Source: the human T2T-CHM13v2.0 reference genome, Homo sapiens
Length of the DNA: 64,000 nt
Assembly (NCBI RefSeq): GCF_009914755.1
Contig: NC_060936.1
Reading direction: 5' to 3' (one strand)
Under the pieces are notes generated by a model that saw nothing but the letters and a program-made list of their open reading frames with translations, had not been told where the DNA came from and ran no database searches. Shown here in pieces: positions 58,438 through 64,000 of this stretch. Positions within the stretch are counted from its first letter, which is position 1. Each line of letters opens with the position of its first letter. The position numbers were made by a program, and so were the translations under genes.

Positions 58438-58686
58438 CAGATAAAACATTTTGATTCTCTGGAGAAAGATAATATTTACCATACATACAGGTAGGATGTG
58501 GTGGAATGGATTACCTCTCACAGCATCTATCTCTAGGAGTATGCAAGCCATATTGTTAAAATAATTGAATGAATGTTGAAGAAAGGAGTCTGTTCTGGTA
58601 GAGAATGGAAATGTCAATTCCAAAGACATTTTCAACACTAGAAATTCAGTATCTGGGAAAGAGTAAGAACAGACCTCCTCTGTATT
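58438..58686 (+). repeat. Diverged local direct duplication, copy 1 (L3/CR1-like sequence; partner 59452-59684)
   Basis: Anchors aaaacatttt, aggagtatgcaagccat and cctcctctgtatt at offsets of 998-1017 bp. Confidence 0.85.
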
Positions 58687-59200
58687 AAACAGGACTCCAT
58701 TCATTGCAAGTAACCAGAATCCAACTCAAATGGGCTTGAGCAAAAAATTGAGTTTGTTATTTTGCACTGAAAATTCCAGGAAGATCTTGACTCAGAAATG
58801 GCTGAATTCAAGTGTGTAGAAGTGATATCATTAGGATTGACTCCATCTCTCAGCACTATTTTTTTCAGGTTGGCCTAATTCTCAAGCAGCCTCCTTCTTC
58901 ATGGTGATAAATGGTCACCAGTATTTTAGGTCAACATCATAACATGTTAGCAATCTCATCAAGGGAAAAATATCCCTCCTTTTCAATAGTTCCAGCAAAA
59001 ATGCAAAGATAACATCTTATGGCCTGCCTTCAGATATCGACCCCTGAACCAATATCACAATGCAGGGAGAACTAAATGCTCTAATAGGACTCATTCAAGT
59101 TATGTGCTGATTTCATTGCTGGAAATTAGGAGTAGGCTTAGCCCCACCCAAGTTATAGGAACTGAGAGTCGGGAGGAGGGAGATGTTACTTGAAAAAAAA
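58681..59200. mobile_element. Old ERVL/MaLR LTR (LTR33/MLT1-like)
   Basis: tgtattaaacaggactccattcattgcaagtaaccagaatccaactcaaatgggcttgagcaaaaaa resembles the terminus of these LTRs. Confidence 0.55.
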
Positions 59201-59451
59201 AATGAAATATTAGTTGCTGAGCAGATAAAAGTAACAAACTATCCTATATCCAAATTCAATCTATGTCAGCTATATTAAATAGTATCATATAGGAAAACAA
59301 GATTTTATTAAAGTCATCCTCATCCAGTACGTCCTTCACCATTTCTTCAGCAAATTCCTCTTTCACAATAGGAAGATGCATCTCTTCTCCTCCCCCAAAA
59401 CTCAATCCTTTCCACAAAGTTCAGTTCCATTGAGTGAAAGCATTTATTGAA

Positions 59452-59684
59452 CAGAAAACATTTTTATTCTCTAGAAAGATAAACTTTCCAGTAAATACCA
59501 GTGGGCCATAGTGAAATGAATGACCTCTCAGAGCAGTAGGTTTCCATCTCCAGGAGTATGCAAGCCATGTTATTGAAAGAAAGCTGAGGAAGGGAGTCTG
59601 TCTGGGTGAAAGTGAAAATGGCCTAATTCCAACAGTGGGAGTTCAGTACCTTGCAAGGAGTGAGAGATGTGCCTCCTCTGTATT
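59452..59684 (+). repeat. Diverged local direct duplication, copy 2 (partner 58438-58686)
   Basis: Anchors at 59455, 59552 and 59672. Confidence 0.85.
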
Positions 59685-59859
59685 CTTGAACATTTCTGAA
59701 TTTAAAATAATGATTGAGCCCTTACTCTATTCCAGGTACTATTTCAAATACTGGGAATATGAAGATAACTAAAGCACAGTTCCTGCCCTTCAGAATATCC
59801 TGATCTGGTGAGGGTGAAAATAAATTCAGAGGAGATGGTGACATGCAGTGATAAGCGCA

Positions 59860-59983
59860 GGGATGCAGGCATGCATTTAGAGCTATGGCAGGGACGCAGG
59901 CATGCATTCAGAGCTATGGCAGGGACGCAGGCATGCATTCAGAGCTATGGCAGGGACGCAGGCATGCATTCAGAGCTATGGCA
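59860..59983. repeat. 31-bp minisatellite (gggacgcaggcatgcattcagagctatggca) x4
   Basis: Copies 2-4 are identical, copy 1 has two C>T differences, no spacers. Confidence 0.95.
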
Positions 59984-60133
59984 GTATGAGGAGGTGGCAC
60001 ATAACCCATCAGGGACACAGAGAAGGCTCTCATTTTATCCTTTTCATCATGCAGGGGCCATATGTTTCTATGAAAGTATTTTTAACATCTCCCAGCATGT
60101 CACCTTATAGTTTCAATGGTTACTAAGAAAGTC

Positions 60134-60375
60134 CAATGAGAACACATGGACACAGGGAGGGGAACATCACACACAAGGTCCTGTCGGTGGGTGGAGAGCA
60201 AGGAGAGGGAGAGCATTGGGACAAATACCTAATGCATGTGGGGCTTAAAACCTAGACAACAGATTGATAGGTGCAGCAAACCCCCCTGGCATGTGTATAC
60301 CTATGTAACAAATCTGCACCTTCTTCACATGCATCCCAGAACTTAAAGTAAAATAAAAATTAAAATTAAAAAAAG
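60134..60375 (+). mobile_element. L1PA7/8-type 3' UTR fragment with A-rich tail
   Basis: aatgagaacacatggacacagggaggggaacatcacac...ggggcttaaaacctag...cccagaacttaaagtaaaataaaa. Confidence 0.9.
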
Positions 60376-61857
60376 AATTAAAAATCTCACTTGTGTGTTA
60401 AGAATATGGACTCGGGCCTGCTTAAAAAAAAAAAAAGGCCCAAAGAGACTCAACTAAATGATGCCACTGCTCTTTACAAAACACAAAGGCTTTTAGTTTC
60501 TAATGATAGAAGCCTACATATTCATTGTACAAAATTTGGCAAAGAAAAGACAAGGAAAAGGGGGGAAAAGTACATAGCCACTATAAGCATTTTTGTGCTG
60601 TTTTTATTCCAGCTTTCCCCCTTTCTATTGCTACAAATAGACAAATATTAATAGAAAATTGTGATAAATATATATTAATATTATATACATAAATTGTATG
60701 ACACATATGTATATCCACTGACATATCTGTATTATAACTATAATAATACAGATAATTTAGTATTCTATTTTTCACATCATTAGACATTTCCCATGCCAAT
60801 ACATATTCTTTGAAGATTTTTGGAGAGAGAAAAATGTTGTGGGACCTCCTTTGCTCATTTACTCCTTCAATTATAGAAATATATGAAGTATTACATGAAG
60901 TATAATTAGCAAATAACCCTCACATAATTTTATAATATCTTTCTTCACATTCAGACCGACAGCAAGCATTATTTATTATTTTTATAGTGTTTAATTGGGA
61001 TTATATCAGTTACTTTTAATAATCTATTTAAAAGAATTTAATAAGCCTACCCAATTCCAGATGAACCTGTGTACAAAGGATGTGGCTCTTGGTTTTAGAG
61101 ACTGTATCTGTGTTAAATGCCACTAATAATTGTCATATTGTTTTATCTTATTTTGCAAATTTAAGAATGAGGAGGGAGTTCCATTGGAGGTACGGGAATT
61201 ACTCCCAGCGGTACATACGGAATTCTAACAGGATTAGTCTCATTAGTCTCAATAAATCCCTCAGTGTTAAATTCTGGATAATCTGTAACCATTAGCTATA
61301 ACCTGAAGTGGTTGGCTACTTGGGTTCAGAACATACAGGCAGTATATGGGACTGAATTTGTTTCAGATAGTCGGCCATGAAAAGCATGACTCTATGTGAA
61401 AGGACAAAGGCCATTTGTCCGCTATCACAACTCTTCTTAAATCTTTATCTCTTGCTTTCCAGGAGTATTATTTTTTGGTGGCCCTCTCTGTTCTAACTCC
61501 CCACAGAGCTTTACTTTTCACAACCTATATAATCTTGAATTATAGTTCTCTATGTTCTTACCTGGATTCTCTTGTTTGCAAGGACTATCTATATTTACCA
61601 CAGCCTATGAATTCCTTAGGGAAAGAGAATATGACTAATATATCCCACCAACAGCTTCAAACACAGTTCTAACACACAGCAAATACCTGATAAGGCAAAT
61701 GAAATTGAAGTCCGCTACTGAATAAATATTTATCTTACAAAAGTACAGAAAGTAGCCAAAGATAATCAGGGAGCCTAGAATGATATTTAAGACTCATAAC
61801 TGCTAATACATGGCTTTTTCTTAATAAAATAAACCAATTCTCTAAATAAAAGATATA

Positions 61858-62177
61858 CAGATGCTCTTTGACTTATTATGAGGTATGTGCCAATAAACCC
61901 AGCATAAGTTGAAAATATCCTGTCAAACTGCATTTAATATATCTAACTTACTGAACATCATAGGTTAGCCTAGACTACCTTAAATGTGCTCAGAACACTT
62001 CCATTAGCCTACAGTTGGGCAATATCACCTAACACAAAGCCTATTCTATAACAAAGTGTTGAATAGCTCATGAAATTTACTGAATATTGTATATTATGTC
62101 AATATTGCCATGATTTCACACCACCATAAAGTCAAAAAATTGTAAATCCAGCCATCAGTAAAGTCGAGAACCATCTA
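61858..62177 (+). mobile_element. MER47A/Tigger5-type MITE
   Basis: TA-flanked cagatgctctttgactta ... taaagtcgagaaccatcta; internal ttagcctacagttgggcaa. Confidence 0.85.
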
Positions 62178-63479
62178 TAGTATTTCATGATTAACCCTGA
62201 TCCAATCATCAGCTACTTCAACTGCAAGGAATTATTCATTCATTTCTTCATTCCTTCATCAAATGTTTGAGTAACTGTTTTGTGGCAGAGACTGTGCAAG
62301 GTTCTGCTCTTGTTGACTTTACAGTCTGGTGAAAGGACATTAATTCCCACACACTGTCAAGAAGTAAAGGTAAGGCAAGTCCAGGGAGCTGAAGGGGAAC
62401 AGAGGAGGAACATGTGGTCCCAGTTTACTCATGTAGAGGGTTGACAAGAATTACAATGCAGAGGTAACTGTGTCTTGAAGGACTGCAGGGTGTAGAGACA
62501 ATGCAAAATTGAACAAAACAACTCTGAGACCACGCAGCGCGGCAGCCGGACACAGGACACCTCTCAGGAGGCTGGGCATTGGCAAGGTTGTCAGCAGCCT
62601 AGATACATGGAATTAAATAGATAAGGAGGGTATCTATAGTCATTGCCCACAAGGGGGAAGACACAGGATAGCAGTATAGGCAGGAAGCATGAACTCCTAT
62701 GGAGAATTAGAACAAGGAAGAGTTGGTTCTATGCAATAGTGAGAACAGGGGAAAATGTACAGCAATGGAACTGGGCTCTGGAGAATGGGGAGGACCTTGA
62801 TTAATAGAAATTAGGAGAAGGGAATTCTAGGAAATATATAGAAGCAGAAATTAAGAGCATGACAATGAAAGTGGTTTGAGCAAAGGGAAGTATAAAGAAA
62901 AGAGGTGTAGAAAGAGAATGAAAAGGCAAAATGAAACCATGCTCACAATGGGGAGTGACTGTTCACTGAGGACCTAAGTGCAGGGATCTGGACTTAGCAC
63001 TTGACACACACTAGCATGCTTAACATTCACCATCATTCCATTTCACGCGTAATGAAACTGAAGCTTTCTTTTAAAGTAACTTGCTCCAAGTTCATAAAGT
63101 AAGTGGTATCCTGTCCAGCACACTCACCATGTAAATTGATTCCCAAAGGCATAAGTCAGGGTGGTACAATTGGGTGTTTGAGCCAATTTCTTAGACAGTG
63201 AAGTGCAGACTAGATTGGGGATATGAAATGGGAGACTGAGAACAGCACAGAGATGCAGCTGACACACCCATTTTAAAAGTCCTCAACAAACCAGCTGTAA
63301 TAGCCACCCGAGTCTTAGTGCTGTGACCATGTTTGATTTTCTTTAATAGCACTCATCCTTACCTGAAAATATTTTGGTTATGAGCTTGTCTATCTCCAGA
63401 TCAATAGGAGCTTCTTAAAGGAAAGATTGTGTCTAGATTGTCTGCCAATGTATCCTCAGTAATGCCTGTCCCAGGCTAC

Positions 63480-63695
63480 GTACTGGGTTGAATTGTGTCC
63501 CCACAAAAGATATGTAAAGGTCCCAACTGCTGGTACCTGTGAATGTGACCTTATTTGGAAATAGGTTCCTTACAGATGTAATTAAGATGTAAGTAATCTA
63601 TAGCCCATGGACCAAATCCAGTCCACCAATGTCCTGCAAATCCTAAAATATTTACTATCTTGACCTTTACAGAAAAAGTTTGCTGACCCTGGATT
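63480..63695 (+). mobile_element. MLT1 LTR 5' fragment followed by a MER58-type hAT end
   Basis: gggttgaattgtgtccccacaaaagatatg...gtgaccttatttggaaatagg, then cctaaaatatttactatcttgacctttacagaaaaagtttgctgaccctg. Confidence 0.7.
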
Positions 63696-64000
63696 AGCAG
63701 GTCTGCCCCTCTGTTTTGAGAATCAAACGAACATTTAGGAAGCCACTTTAAACTGTGTAACACATAAGTCGAAGGCTTAGCAGACAAAGAGAAGAATTTC
63801 AGATAGTAAGCAATGAAGATGAAAAATGCCGATTATGCTTGTCCCATCAGGCCTTTAAAAAAAATGGCACAAATTTAAGAAGAGAGTGATGGACATTCGC
63901 CTAATAACAGTCTGAGCAGGTTCTACATCTCATTACCACAACCTCTAATGTTGCCACATTTCTCCTTCAGAAAGAGGCAGTATAATAGAGTGATTGAGAT

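Noticed and set aside
59860-59983. 31-bp repeats of CRISPR-like length
   Set aside because: Units are directly adjacent with no spacers, there are no cas genes, and the context is mammalian. It is a minisatellite.

Overview
Human (primate) genomic DNA, AT-rich and dense in repeats. The only host coding sequence I can support is the last two coding exons of C12orf42 on the minus strand (36781-37152 and 32915-33366, joined in frame by a GT-AG intron, with AATAAA at 32776-32781). The terminal exon lies in the window's only CpG island. Everything above 37152 looks intronic, and everything below ~32750 is 3' flank or intron of longer isoforms. The rest is Alu, L1 of many ages, MIR/L2/L3, MaLR/ERV solo LTRs, Tigger/hAT MITEs and micro/minisatellites. 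Nearly all ORFs in the supplied track are repeat-derived or chance ORFs. I found no CRISPR array, RNA gene or new multi-gene system. Most worth a second look: an Alu-tail/L1 chimera with no TSD (17696-18524), a twin-primed 5'-inverted L1 whose TSD copies show opposite-strand CpG decay (26652-29426), a second much older inverted L1 (9666-10192), two diverged local duplications (2.6/4.2 kb and 58.4/59.5 kb), a repeat-free block rich in SOX/TCF/MEIS/E-box motifs that looks like an enhancer (50.4-51.4 kb), the 3' exonic CpG island with an RFX X-box, and a 69-bp Z-DNA-type tract. Gene and repeat subfamily names come from memory of the sequences, not from a search, and repeat boundaries are approximate unless a TSD or TIR is quoted.
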